From positions 864,001 to 928,000 of the forward strand of contig CAWIKF010000002.1 of the NCBI GenBank assembly GCA_963836755.1: a stretch of DNA of 64,000 nucleotides, given 5' to 3'. The notes under the pieces were generated by a model, which ran no database searches, was not told where the DNA came from, and saw only the letters and a program-made list of their open reading frames with translations. Position numbers and translations under genes: made by a program. Of this stretch, positions 49,487-59,601 are shown piece by piece (within the stretch, counting starts at the first letter, position 1; every line of letters begins with the position of its first letter). The DNA comes from an uncultured Verrucomicrobiae bacterium (lineage in GTDB: Bacteria > Verrucomicrobiota > Verrucomicrobiia > Chthoniobacterales > Chthoniobacteraceae).

Positions 49487-50563
49487 ATGCCTCACACCAA
49501 ACTCTTCATTCCTGGCCCAGTCGAAGTTTCCGACAAAACTTTCCATGCTTTCCGCAAGCCGCTTTTCGGACATCGCAGCGGAGATTTTAAAAAGCTTTAC
49601 GCGGCGATTCAACCGCAGCTGCAGCAGCTGTTCAACACGAAGCAGCCGGTGTTTTTGTCCACCTCATCGGCATGGGGCGTGATGGAGGGATCGATCCGCA
49701 ACCTTGTCGGCAAGCGCGTGCTCAACTGCATGTGCGGTGCTTTTTCCGACAAGTGGCTCGATGTCAGCAAGCGTTGCGGCAAGCAGGCGGACGGGCTGCA
49801 GGTCGAATGGGGCCAGCCGGTCCTCGCCGCACAGGTCGAGGAAAAGTTGGCGAGCGGCAATTACGACGCGATGACTTTGATCCACAACGAAACGTCGACG
49901 GGCGTGATGAGTCCGCTGCGCGAAATCTGCGAGGTCATGCGAAAATTTCCTGATGTCATGCTGATCGTGGACAGCGTCTCCTCGTTTTCCGCCGTGCCGA
50001 TTCCGATGGATGAACTCGGTATCGATGTGCTGCTGACCGGCTCGCAAAAGGCGCTCGCGCTGCCGCCGGGTCTGGCCCTTTTTGCGATTTCCGAAAAAGC
50101 GTTCGCTCGCGCAGCGACGATTTCGGATCGCGGTTACTACTTCGACTTTCTCGAGTTCAAAAAAAATCAGGAGCAGGACATGACGCCGAGCACGCCATCG
50201 ATCTCACACATCTTCGCGCTGCAATCGAAACTCGATGACATTTTCTCGGAAGGCATCGACGCGCGCCACGCCCGGCATGCGCGGCTTAACGACCTCGTCG
50301 CGGAGTGGGTGAAGAAGCGTGGCTTTGAATTTTTCGCCGCAGAAGGTTATCGCTCAAAAACTTTGACCTGCGTGAGCAATAATCGCGGGATCGATATCGC
50401 TGCGCTGATCGCAAAGTTAAAGGAGCGTTATCACTGTGTCATCGACGGCGGCTACGGAAAATTAAAGGGAAAAACGTTCCGCATCTCCAATATGGGCGAC
50501 GAGACCGAGGAAACGATCAGCCAGTTGCTCGGCTGGCTCGATGACTGCCTTGCGCAGCTTTAA
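49487..50563 (+). CDS. Class V PLP aminotransferase (alanine-glyoxylate/serine-pyruvate family)
   Basis: LFIPGPVEV, HRSGDF, HNETSTGV, VDSVSS, GSQKALALPPG, TPSTP, FRISNMG. Confidence 0.9.
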   Translation: MPHTKLFIPGPVEVSDKTFHAFRKPLFGHRSGDFKKLYAAIQPQLQQLFNTKQPVFLSTSSAWGVMEGSIRNLVGKRVLNCMCGAFSDKWLDVSKRCGKQADGLQVEWGQPVLAAQVEEKLASGNYDAMTLIHNETSTGVMSPLREICEVMRKFPDVMLIVDSVSSFSAVPIPMDELGIDVLLTGSQKALALPPGLALFAISEKAFARAATISDRGYYFDFLEFKKNQEQDMTPSTPSISHIFALQSKLDDIFSEGIDARHARHARLNDLVAEWVKKRGFEFFAAEGYRSKTLTCVSNNRGIDIAALIAKLKERYHCVIDGGYGKLKGKTFRISNMGDETEETISQLLGWLDDCLAQL

Positions 50564-51201
50564 AAGAAACAGCTGACGCCGACCAGACCGCCGACCGAGT
50601 TGAGGCCGAGGTTGCGTGCGGCGGTGTCGGCGTTCGAAATGTGGCGGTAGCCGCCCTCGAGCACCAGCGCGCATTTGTCCGTGAGCATGAAGCGCAGACC
50701 GAGGCTCCCCTGCAGATTGAATTCAAATTCGCTGCCGATGACGCGCTGCGTTTTGTCTTTGTAGACGTCGTTGTAAAGGCCGCCCGCGCCGATCTGGAAA
50801 TAGGGCACCAGTCTCGCGTTCGGCTGCACGAAGTTTCGCCGTGCGATCAAAGTAGCGCCACTGAAAACACCGTTGGAATTTTGGAAAACGCCCGACGCAA
50901 AAGCCTCGAGGAGCAGTTCATAGTTGCCGCGAAACCAGCTGCTGCCGGCTGGTGAGTTTAGCATCCGGCCGAGGCGAAAGTTCGCGCCAGCGTCGCCGAT
51001 GTTCGGCCGCTTTTTCGTGCCATCTTCCAATCCGAAGTAGGCGCCGCCGAGCGCTTGGAATTCCCAATCGCCTTTTTCAAAAGGAAATTCGCTGACGACA
51101 GATTTCGAGAAATCCTTGTGCGCAGGCTCGCCAGCCTGAATGGCGGAAATTCCGAACGAAAAGAGCATTACGCTGAAGAAACGAAGTAAGAATTTTTGCA
51201 T
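50560..51201 (-). CDS. PagL-like (lipid A deacylase/acyloxyacyl hydrolase family) outer-membrane beta-barrel
   Basis: Signal peptide, PYFQIGAG, YRHISNA...NLGLN, C-terminal Phe. Confidence 0.75.
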   Translation of the reverse strand: MQKFLLRFFSVMLFSFGISAIQAGEPAHKDFSKSVVSEFPFEKGDWEFQALGGAYFGLEDGTKKRPNIGDAGANFRLGRMLNSPAGSSWFRGNYELLLEAFASGVFQNSNGVFSGATLIARRNFVQPNARLVPYFQIGAGGLYNDVYKDKTQRVIGSEFEFNLQGSLGLRFMLTDKCALVLEGGYRHISNADTAARNLGLNSVGGLVGVSCFF

Positions 51202-51369
51202 CGAGATATTTTGATTCGCGCTAAGGCAGCAGTCTTTCGCTCTCGAGACAAGCTCAAATCAATCGGGCATTTACCTTACGAGGAGGAGAGGGATAAAACA
51301 GGCTGCCCGCATGTCAACGCGTTGCGAAAATTGACCCTTGTCGGCGCGGCTGCTAGCTTCCGCGTTCCC

Positions 51370-54105
51370 ATGGCCAAGAATTACAAGGAGACGCTGAATC
51401 TTCCGCGCACGGATTTCCCGATGAAAGCGGACCTCGTGCAGCGCGAGCCGCAGCGGTTGGAAAAGTGGGAGCGCGAAACCCTTTACCAGCAGATCCAGGC
51501 AGAGCGCCGCGATGCGCCTCAGTTCGTGTTGCACGACGGGCCGCCCTTCGCCAATGGCGATGTCCACATGGGCACGGCGTTAAACAAGATTTTAAAAGAT
51601 GTCATCGTCAAATCGCGGACGATGCTCGGATTTTCTGCGCCGTTCGTGCCGGGTTGGGATTGTCACGGGCTGCCGATTGAGTTCAAAGTCGTCAAGGAAT
51701 CGCGCGGTCTCACGCCGATCGAAGTGCGCCGCCGCTGCGCGGAATATGCGCTGAGCTTTGTCGACATTCAGCGCCGGCAATTCAAGCGGCTCGGCGTTTT
51801 TGGCGATTGGGAAAATCCGTATTTGACGCTAGCGCCGGGTTACGAGGCGGAGATTTTGCGCGTCTTCGCGAGCTTCGTGGAGCAAGGCCTCGTCTATCGC
51901 AGCAAGAAGCCCGTTTATTGGAGCACCGGCGCGCAAACCGCACTGGCAGAGGCGGAAATCGAATATGCGGATCGCGATGATCCCGCGATTTTTGTAAAAT
52001 TTCCGATCGTCTCCGGTCCGCTCGCGCACAAAGCGAGCATGGCGATTTGGACGACGACGCCGTGGACTTTGCCGGCGAATGTCGCGATCGCTGTTCATCC
52101 GCGGCACGGTTACGTTGTTGAAAATTTTCGCCATCGCGAAAGCGGCGAACGCGCTGCGTTTGTTGTCGCAAAAGCACTCGTCGGCGCTTTCACGCTCGCG
52201 ACGAAATGGGAGGTCGATGCAGATGCGGCCGCGACCGCAATCAGCGGCGCGGATCTGGTCGGGACGCAGACGCAACATCCGTTTTTGGAACGCACTGCGC
52301 GCGTTATCGCTGCGGATTTTGTGACGCTGGAAAGCGGGACGGGCCAGGTGCACATCGCGCCGGGGCACGGTGCTGATGACTACCTCGCAGGCGTGGAAAA
52401 CGGTCTTCCAATTTTGTCGCCAGTGGATGAGCACGGCCGTTTCACGGAGGAGGTTGGCGTGCCGGTTTGGGCGGGAAAGTATGTTTTCGATGCGAACAAG
52501 GATGTCATCGAGCATCTGCGAAAACGCGGCGCGCTGCTGGGTGAAAACATTCACAAACATTCGTATCCACATTGCTGGCGGTCGAAAACGCCTGTTGTCT
52601 TCCGGGCGGTTGAACAATTTTTCATAAAGATCGATCGACTGCGCGACGCGGCCTTGGCTGCGATCGACAAAGTCGAATGGATTCCGCAGTGGGGCCGCAA
52701 CCGCATTTACGGAACGGTCGAATCGCGGCCCGATTGGTGCATTTCGCGCCAGCGCTCATGGGGAGTGCCTTTGCCGGCTTTTTTCGATGAAAAAGGTGCG
52801 CCGATTTTGGACGCGAAGCTCGTGCGCAAACTCGCGGACTTGGTGGAGCGCGATGGAACAAATCTCTGGTTTGAAAAAGACGACGCGTGGTGGGCACAGA
52901 CGTTGAGTTTGCCTGCTGGCACGAGCCGCCGAAACGACACACTCGACGTCTGGATCGACTCCGGCGTTTCGCATGAAGCTGTTTTGCGCAAACGGATGGA
53001 GGTGGAAAAAGCGGACGTTTACATCGAGGCGACGGATCAGCACCGGGGCTGGTTTCAATCGTCGCTAATGACGGGCGTCGCGCTGCGCGGCGAAGCGCCT
53101 TACAAAACCTGTATCACTCACGGCTTCGTCGTCGACGTGGACACGCGAAAAAAAATCTCGAAGTCAGCCCAGGACGCTTATGCGAAGCCGATGGATGCTG
53201 AGCATTTCGTCAACAAATTCGGCGCGGACATCGTGCGACTTTGGGTTAGCAGCGTGAATTTCACCGATGAGGTTCCGTTCTCGGAGGAAATGTTTACGCG
53301 CCTCGCGGACACGTATCGCCGCATTCGGAACACGCTTCGCATCCTGCTCGCGAACATTGGCGATTTTCAATGCGGCGAAGACAGCGTGCCCGCATCGTGG
53401 TTCACGCTGATCGATTGCTGGATGATGGGACGGTTGCAGGAAGTCATCGCGACGTGCCGCGACGCGTATGAAAAGTTCGAATTTCACCGCGTCTATCACA
53501 CGCTCAACCAATTTTGCGCGGTCGATCTCAGCAGTCTTTACATCGACGTGACGAAGGACCGGCTCTATTGCGACAGCATCGATTCCGCGCGGCGCCGCGC
53601 GACGCAGACCGTGATGTGCGCGGTGCTCGACGCGCTCACGAAATTGCTCGCCCCGATCCTCGCATTTACCGCCGACGAAGCGTGGGAATTTGCAAAAAAA
53701 ACGCGCTCCGTGCATTTGGAAAAATGTCCGGAGCCAGACGCGGAGTGGATCAATCCGGCTGTGCAAAAGCGCATGGAGTTATTGCTGAATCTGCGCGGTA
53801 TAGTCGCTCAAAAAATCGAGGAAGCGCGGCAAGCGAAGCTGATTGGAAATTCGCTCGAAGCATCAGTGACGATTGAAACGGACGATGCGCTGCGAGATGA
53901 ATTTGCGGGTCTGGAAACTATGATGGAGGAATTTTTCATCGTGAGCGAAATCAAGCTGGCTGCTGGCGCGGAAACGCGCGCGATTGTCACGTGCACGCCG
54001 CATGAAAAATGCCCCCGCTGCTGGCGTCACCGGCCGTTCGTGAGAACGGAAAATCCGGATTGTGAATTGTGCGACCGTTGTGCCGAGGTGGTTGGCTGCG
54101 CATGA
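51370..54105 (+). CDS. ileS: Isoleucine-tRNA ligase (type 1)
   Basis: YKETLNLP, LHDGPPFANG, GWDCHGLP, WTTTPWT, DWCISRQR, DQHRGWF, C-terminal CPRC...CDRC; followed by lspA. Confidence 0.97.
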   Translation: MAKNYKETLNLPRTDFPMKADLVQREPQRLEKWERETLYQQIQAERRDAPQFVLHDGPPFANGDVHMGTALNKILKDVIVKSRTMLGFSAPFVPGWDCHGLPIEFKVVKESRGLTPIEVRRRCAEYALSFVDIQRRQFKRLGVFGDWENPYLTLAPGYEAEILRVFASFVEQGLVYRSKKPVYWSTGAQTALAEAEIEYADRDDPAIFVKFPIVSGPLAHKASMAIWTTTPWTLPANVAIAVHPRHGYVVENFRHRESGERAAFVVAKALVGAFTLATKWEVDADAAATAISGADLVGTQTQHPFLERTARVIAADFVTLESGTGQVHIAPGHGADDYLAGVENGLPILSPVDEHGRFTEEVGVPVWAGKYVFDANKDVIEHLRKRGALLGENIHKHSYPHCWRSKTPVVFRAVEQFFIKIDRLRDAALAAIDKVEWIPQWGRNRIYGTVESRPDWCISRQRSWGVPLPAFFDEKGAPILDAKLVRKLADLVERDGTNLWFEKDDAWWAQTLSLPAGTSRRNDTLDVWIDSGVSHEAVLRKRMEVEKADVYIEATDQHRGWFQSSLMTGVALRGEAPYKTCITHGFVVDVDTRKKISKSAQDAYAKPMDAEHFVNKFGADIVRLWVSSVNFTDEVPFSEEMFTRLADTYRRIRNTLRILLANIGDFQCGEDSVPASWFTLIDCWMMGRLQEVIATCRDAYEKFEFHRVYHTLNQFCAVDLSSLYIDVTKDRLYCDSIDSARRRATQTVMCAVLDALTKLLAPILAFTADEAWEFAKKTRSVHLEKCPEPDAEWINPAVQKRMELLLNLRGIVAQKIEEARQAKLIGNSLEASVTIETDDALRDEFAGLETMMEEFFIVSEIKLAAGAETRAIVTCTPHEKCPRCWRHRPFVRTENPDCELCDRCAEVVGCA

Positions 54106-54572
54106 AGCTGCTGTTTTTGGTCACGCTGCCGCTTTACACGCTCGATCAAATCACGAAGTGGCTCGTCGTGCATTCGATACCATACGAATCCGGCCGCACA
54201 GTCTTCCCGGATTTTTTCGTGCTCGTCTATTTTGGAAACACCGGCGCGGCGTTCAGCTCGTTCACCAACAGCAACACGTTTTTCATTGTTTTATCAATGT
54301 TCGCACTGTGCGTGGTATCCGTTTATGCGTGGCGCGGAGCTTTTAGCGCATTCTGGACTCGCTTGGGAGTGGCGCTTCTGTGCGCGGGCGTGCTTGGAAA
54401 TTTGACCGACCGCATCGTCCGTCATCACGTCGTCGATTTTTTGCTGTTCGACCTGCACGTTCCGTTTGCGCACCCGTGGCCCGCTTTTAATGTCGCCGAT
54501 TCCTGCATCTGCATCGCGACCGTGTTGTTCATCATCACGTCGCTGCACACGCCCGATCGGCGGTCTCGCTAG
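54102..54572 (+). CDS. lspA: Signal peptidase II
   Basis: DQITK, NTGAAFS, GNLTDR, VVDF, FNVADS; ATGA overlap with ileS. Confidence 0.95.
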   Translation: MKLLFLVTLPLYTLDQITKWLVVHSIPYESGRTVFPDFFVLVYFGNTGAAFSSFTNSNTFFIVLSMFALCVVSVYAWRGAFSAFWTRLGVALLCAGVLGNLTDRIVRHHVVDFLLFDLHVPFAHPWPAFNVADSCICIATVLFIITSLHTPDRRSR

Positions 54573-54662
54573 GAGAACAATTTGGCGTGAATCACGCGCA
54601 GAGTCGGTTCGCTTCCCGATTCTAATATAGAACACAGATAATCGCTGGGAGGTGAAACTAAC

Positions 54663-54833
54663 ATGCTATCTTGGGCACTTACATTTCTAGTCATCGCTCT
54701 GATTGCGGGACTTTTGGGCTTCGTCGGCATTGCGGGAACCGCGGCATATATCGCAAAGGTATTGTTCGTAGTTTTCCTCGTGCTGTTCCTAGTCTCGTTG
54801 GTCATGGGGCGCAGAAGTCCGCCGCTGACTTAA
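54663..54833 (+). CDS. DUF1328 (YtjA-like) small membrane protein
   Basis: Not in the ORF track (56 aa): [56 protein letters not shown]; strong GGAGGTG Shine-Dalgarno. Confidence 0.9.
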   Translation: MLSWALTFLVIALIAGLLGFVGIAGTAAYIAKVLFVVFLVLFLVSLVMGRRSPPLT

Positions 54834-54852
54834 CAAAAAATCGCATGAATTG

Positions 54853-54885
54853 AGCGGGCCGGAGAAATCCGGCTCGCTTTTTTTT
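54853..54885 (+). terminator. Intrinsic terminator
   Basis: AGCGGGCCGGA-GAAA-TCCGGCTCGCT stem-loop followed by a T-tract, between convergent DUF1328 and smc. Confidence 0.85.
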
Positions 54886-57800
54886 AGCCAACGGCGTGCT
54901 CGCTGTGGAGATTACCGGTTTTTCCAAAACTCTCTGCCAGGCTCAGCACCGGCGAAAAGTTCGCCGTGCCGATGATGTCTGACGATCCAATCGATTCTTC
55001 CCGCTTTGCAAAACGGACGCCGACAAGCTTTGAAATCCCATGCTCCTCCATCGTAACACCGTAGAGCGCGTCGGCTTTCGCGATGGTCCGCTTGTTGTGC
55101 GAGATGACGACGAACTGGCTCTGCGAGACGAATCGGTCGAGGATTTTGATGAACCGGTTGATGTTCGATTCATCGAGCGGCGCATCCATTTCATCGAGCA
55201 CGCAAAACGGACTCGGCTTGACCATGTAGATGGAAAAAAGCAGCGCCACAGCGGTCATCGTTTTTTCGCCGCCTGAGAGCAGCGAGATCGATTGCAACTG
55301 CTTGCCCGGCGGTTTCGCGATGATGTCGATGCCGCTTTCCAGCGGATCGCTTTCGTCGAGCAGGAGGAGATTCGCGTGCCCGCCGCCGAAAATCTCGAGA
55401 AACATTTCTTTGAAATTTACGCGCACCTGCTCAAACGTTTCCGCGAACATCTTCTTCGTCGTCGAATTGATTTTCGCGATGACGTCGAGCAGCTCGTTTT
55501 TTGAGTTGGTCAAATCCGTGAATTGTTGCTCGAGAAAAGTATGACGCTGCTCGAGCTCGTCGTATTCCTGAATCGCGTCAAGGTTGATAGGCCCCATCGC
55601 GTCGAGCCGCTGATTCATTTCCGCGACGATGGCTTCGATTTTTTCCCAATCGATGCGCACTTCTTCTGGAGGTTCATTCTCATTTTCCGAAATCGACTGC
55701 GCGTCCGCTTCCGCAGTTTCCGCGGACTGCCGCGCACGTTTGCTTTGTTCGCGCAGAGTGCAGTGCAGCGCGTAGTGGTCCGCCTTGAATTCGTGGAGCT
55801 CAATTTGGTAGCGCCGCATGATGTGCGCGGACAAATTTTCGAGCCGCAGTTGAAGTTGCGTTTGTTTAACTTCCCGTTGTCCGCGCTGATCGTGGCATTC
55901 GGTCAATTGCCGGCGCAGAATGCGAAGCGTCGCATCCAGCGATTCAATCTCGGATGCAAAGCCGCTTCGCTCTGCAATCAAAGTTCCGACGCGTAAATCC
56001 GCCTCAGCCGATTTTGCCCGCGTGCTCTCGATTTCCTGTTTAATTCTCGCCGATTCTGCGGCCAAAGTTTCCGATTTCTCGCGGTAGTTTTTGATTTCAT
56101 CCATCCGCTGCTCGACCAAATCGCGTAACTCCTGCAAACGCGCCGCCATCGGTTGACGCTGGTTGTTTAAACTCGCGTAGCGTTGCTTTTCCGTTGCGAC
56201 TTTGATGCGCAAATCATTCATCTCAGCGCTGCGGACCGATTCCTTTGCACGCAATCCGTCGAGTTCCGTTTGCAGAGAAGCTTGCCGCGACTGCAACTCC
56301 TCGAGGCTTGCCGCAGCTTGCGCGAGTTCACTTTCGCGCCCGCTCAAATGATCAACGGCTTCGGAGTGGCGGTTTTCAATGTTCTGGCGTTCCCGCTGCA
56401 AGTTTTCCGATTTGCCCGCAGTCTCTCTCGTTTCCCGCTCAATCGCCTCCAGCTGGCCGCACAAGGTCGAGACGCGCAGCGTGAGTTTCTGCATTTCCTC
56501 GCGGACCGCCTCGAGCCGTGCTTTGCCTGCCTCAAGCTCCTCGCAAACTTTGATGCGCTCAGCAACTTTGCCCGCGATGGATTTCTCGAGCGCCTCGACT
56601 TCAGTAGCGAGAGAGGTGATTTGGTTTTTGCGCTCGAGCATCGACGCGCCTGCCTCGCCCGTCGCGCCGCCGCTCAAGATACCGTCACGCGAAAAGCGTT
56701 CACCTGCCAGCGTGACGAGATGAAAGCCGTGCGCGCGCAGTCGGAACGCATCCTCGAGATTTTCCACAATTAAAACCCCGCGGAGCAGATGGAAAACAAG
56801 CGGTTCCACTTCAGAATCTGCCTTCACCCGATCCGCCGCCCATGCAATCGCTCCTTCTGGAAGCTCCGCCGAAATGTTTTCAGGCGCGGGAAAAAATTCG
56901 CGCAAAGCCAGCGATGCGCGTCCGAGTTTTTTGGCCGCGAGCGTTTTCAAGACGGATTCGGCGACCGCTTTGTCTTTCATAACGATCGTCTGCAGATTTT
57001 GTCCCAAGGCTGCCTCGATCGCTGGGATGAACTTTGGTTCCACCACGATGTGCGCCGCAAGCGCGCCGAGAATCGATGGCTTGAAAAAATCGCGATTGTC
57101 CAGCCCACGCAGCACAGCCTGCGTTCCTTCCGCAAAGCCCTGGCCGCTTTCATTCAATTGCCGCAGCACTTCGAGTCGCGATCCTTTTTCAGCAAGCGAG
57201 CGATTTTCCGCGGCCAGGATCTTGTCGATTTCCGCGACCTCCGCCGAGACCGTCTGCGTCTGTGTTTCCGCTTGCTGTGCCTGCTCCTGCTGCGAATGCA
57301 ACACGTTGGTCGCTTGTAAAACTTCTGCTGAAACCTCGTCGTGCTGTTGCGCCAGTCGCGCCGCGGTGCCGGCGAGCATTTCGATTTCGCCCTGCAAAAT
57401 TCCCATCCGCGTTTCGCTCCCATCGCGCAAATTCACGAGGCTCGAAATTTCGCCGCGCAAGCTGTGCAGGCGGCTTTCGAGTTTTGCGATCGAACCAAAG
57501 GCTTCCTTCACGGCGTTTTCGCGGTCCACCCGCTGAGCGCTGAGCGCGTTGACCTCGCGCATTTTTTCATCAAACCGTTCCTGTTCGCCGCGCAGCGTGT
57601 CGGAGATTTGCTCCAGCTCGAGATCGGTGTTTTCGATCTGCGTTTGCTGCACCGAAAGTTTCTCCTGAGCCGCGGCGATGTCGCGGCCGTAGCGATCCAT
57701 CAAAGTCGCAAACTCCGTGATTCGCTCGGTGTTGAAACCGATCCGGTTTTCCGCGTTCGCGATGTGATTCTTTAAATCCTGCACAGCCTGGCGCGCCGCA

Positions 57801-58651
57801 TTGAGAGCGGCTTCCAATCCCTCCAGTTGCCGTCGGCGACCTGCGATTTCCGATTCCTGATTCTCGATCTCGCTCTCGTGATTCGCCTGCACTTCGCGCA
57901 AACGCTCGATCTCCGCCTCGGTTTCGTGCCGCGCAGCCTCGTGCGTCTCAAATTGCTGGCGCGCATGATGCGTCTCCAAAGTCCTCAAATCCGCGAGCAG
58001 CACCTGATAGCGTCGCGCCTTCCCCGCCTGCCGTTGCAGCGAACCGATCTGGCGCTTCACCTCGCGGATCACATCCGTCACGCGCAGCAAATTCGCCTCG
58101 GTCGCCTCCAGTTTGCGCAGTGCTTCCCGGCGCTGGGATTTAAACTTTGTGATGCCAGCCGCTTCCTCGAAGATCGCGCGCCGATCCTCCGGCTTCGAGC
58201 TCAGGATCAAATCGATCTTCCCTTGTTCCATGATCGAGTAGGCGCTCCGGCCGATGCCGGTATCCATGAAAAGATTGTGGATATCGCGCAACCGGCACGG
58301 CGTTTTGTTGAGCAAATATTCCGACGCGCCGTCGCGGAAGACCCGCCGCGTGATTCGCACCTCATTATAATCGACGCCGAGTTCCTTTTCGCATTCCGCG
58401 AAAGTCAGCGACACCTCCGCCATTCCCAGCGCCGGCCGCGCATCGGTGCCGGAAAAGATGACATCCGACATCTCGCCGCCTCGCAAAGCCTTGGCAGATT
58501 GCTCGCCGAGCACCCATCGCATCGCATCGAGCACGTTGGATTTTCCGCAGCCGTTTGGCCCGACGATCGCCGTCACCCCCGGGTGAAAGTTGAGGACAGT
58601 CTTTGACGCGAAAGACTTAAAACCGACAAGTTCGAGGGAGTGGAGATACAT
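54884..58651 (-). CDS. smc: Chromosome segregation protein SMC
   Basis: GFKSFA, GPNGCGKSN, long coiled coils, hinge, LSGGEK, LDEMDAPLD. Confidence 0.97.
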   Translation of the reverse strand: MYLHSLELVGFKSFASKTVLNFHPGVTAIVGPNGCGKSNVLDAMRWVLGEQSAKALRGGEMSDVIFSGTDARPALGMAEVSLTFAECEKELGVDYNEVRITRRVFRDGASEYLLNKTPCRLRDIHNLFMDTGIGRSAYSIMEQGKIDLILSSKPEDRRAIFEEAAGITKFKSQRREALRKLEATEANLLRVTDVIREVKRQIGSLQRQAGKARRYQVLLADLRTLETHHARQQFETHEAARHETEAEIERLREVQANHESEIENQESEIAGRRRQLEGLEAALNAARQAVQDLKNHIANAENRIGFNTERITEFATLMDRYGRDIAAAQEKLSVQQTQIENTDLELEQISDTLRGEQERFDEKMREVNALSAQRVDRENAVKEAFGSIAKLESRLHSLRGEISSLVNLRDGSETRMGILQGEIEMLAGTAARLAQQHDEVSAEVLQATNVLHSQQEQAQQAETQTQTVSAEVAEIDKILAAENRSLAEKGSRLEVLRQLNESGQGFAEGTQAVLRGLDNRDFFKPSILGALAAHIVVEPKFIPAIEAALGQNLQTIVMKDKAVAESVLKTLAAKKLGRASLALREFFPAPENISAELPEGAIAWAADRVKADSEVEPLVFHLLRGVLIVENLEDAFRLRAHGFHLVTLAGERFSRDGILSGGATGEAGASMLERKNQITSLATEVEALEKSIAGKVAERIKVCEELEAGKARLEAVREEMQKLTLRVSTLCGQLEAIERETRETAGKSENLQRERQNIENRHSEAVDHLSGRESELAQAAASLEELQSRQASLQTELDGLRAKESVRSAEMNDLRIKVATEKQRYASLNNQRQPMAARLQELRDLVEQRMDEIKNYREKSETLAAESARIKQEIESTRAKSAEADLRVGTLIAERSGFASEIESLDATLRILRRQLTECHDQRGQREVKQTQLQLRLENLSAHIMRRYQIELHEFKADHYALHCTLREQSKRARQSAETAEADAQSISENENEPPEEVRIDWEKIEAIVAEMNQRLDAMGPINLDAIQEYDELEQRHTFLEQQFTDLTNSKNELLDVIAKINSTTKKMFAETFEQVRVNFKEMFLEIFGGGHANLLLLDESDPLESGIDIIAKPPGKQLQSISLLSGGEKTMTAVALLFSIYMVKPSPFCVLDEMDAPLDESNINRFIKILDRFVSQSQFVVISHNKRTIAKADALYGVTMEEHGISKLVGVRFAKREESIGSSDIIGTANFSPVLSLAESFGKTGNLHSEHAVG

Positions 58652-58689
58652 TTGCGCGTCAGGCTAAACGCGCGCCGAAAACGGCGCAA

Positions 58690-58737
58690 GCACAATATCT
58701 TGTGCTTTGCGGAACGGGGACGCACTACATAGCGGCA
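58690..58737. promoter_or_regulatory. Tandem NrdR-box-like operators upstream of smc
   Basis: GCACAATATCTTGTGC (58690-58705) and GCACTACATAGCGGCA (58722-58737), starts 32 bp apart; compared with consensus acaCwAtATaTwGtgt. Confidence 0.6.
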
Positions 58738-58792
58738 ACGCGCCGAATGCGGCAACCGCTCTTCCGAGCAACCAGATCAGCGCCGGGCGTGG

Positions 58793-59341
58793 CTACGCTT
58801 TGGTAAAAGTCAGCACGAGCACGAACTTTCTCCCCACCCATTTCGTTACCTCCGGCTTCCCCTCAAAACGGATGATTTGATGCCCAGCCGAAACGGGGAA
58901 CGCAAACGTAACCGCCTTGTCAAAGTCGGCCACCCCGTCCATTCCGATGATCTTGCAGGTCTCGAGCACCGGCGAATTCGTCGCGGAGTGCTCCGCGAAG
59001 CCGAGGAACTGCGTCTGGTCGAAATCCATTGTGTAGCGGACACGATTCCCCTCCTGAGTCGGCAAAACCGAAAGCGTCACACCGATGGGGAACGTCCCCT
59101 TGCCCGGCACCTCCAGAATGCGCGTCATCTCGATCTTGCACCGCACGCCAGAGCGCGTCGTCAGCGATGGGGGAGAGAGGACATCCACACCGCGCTGGTT
59201 GTAAAGCTTCGTGATGTCGCTTGGCACCTTGATCGTGGCCGGGACTTCAATCATTCGAGCGTGCACCGATACGGAAGGTTCCGCGGCCATGGCCCACCCT
59301 GGCAATGCCAGCGCGAGTAGGAGTGGGAGATTAATGTTCAT
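58793..59341 (-). CDS. Secreted hypothetical protein with secretin C-terminal-like segment
   Basis: Signal peptide; GVDVLSPPSLTTRSG..KIE...GVTLSVLP resembles the secretin core motif; only 182 aa. Confidence 0.6.
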   Translation of the reverse strand: MNINLPLLLALALPGWAMAAEPSVSVHARMIEVPATIKVPSDITKLYNQRGVDVLSPPSLTTRSGVRCKIEMTRILEVPGKGTFPIGVTLSVLPTQEGNRVRYTMDFDQTQFLGFAEHSATNSPVLETCKIIGMDGVADFDKAVTFAFPVSAGHQIIRFEGKPEVTKWVGRKFVLVLTFTKA

Positions 59342-59601
59342 GGGAGTAATGGATTAAAGGAACGATGAGTTTGACCTGACATCTCGAGACGCAGCAACAG
59401 GCTGGCGAAGTCAAGCGACGGTTGATTCATTGTCGCGTTTGATGAGCTTGGTTGCGGAACTTGCGGCCGTTGAAGATAAGTGCCGGTCCTAGGATTAGCT
59501 TCGCGCGGTATTTGAATAGCGTGTAAAAGTTATAACGATCTCGCGGAGGTGCGTGGGACTGCTTGGTTCTTGCATTGTTTGGACTAAAGGTTCGCGCAGT
59601 C

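Noticed and set aside
51196..51369. N-terminal extension of ileS, or a T-box leader
   Set aside because: The conserved start is MAKNYKETL at 51370; no T-box consensus or terminator is seen in the short divergent gap.
59390..59460. Second attC candidate (CCGCAAC...GTTGCTG on the minus strand)
   Set aside because: No convincing L''/L' pairing and a non-canonical core.
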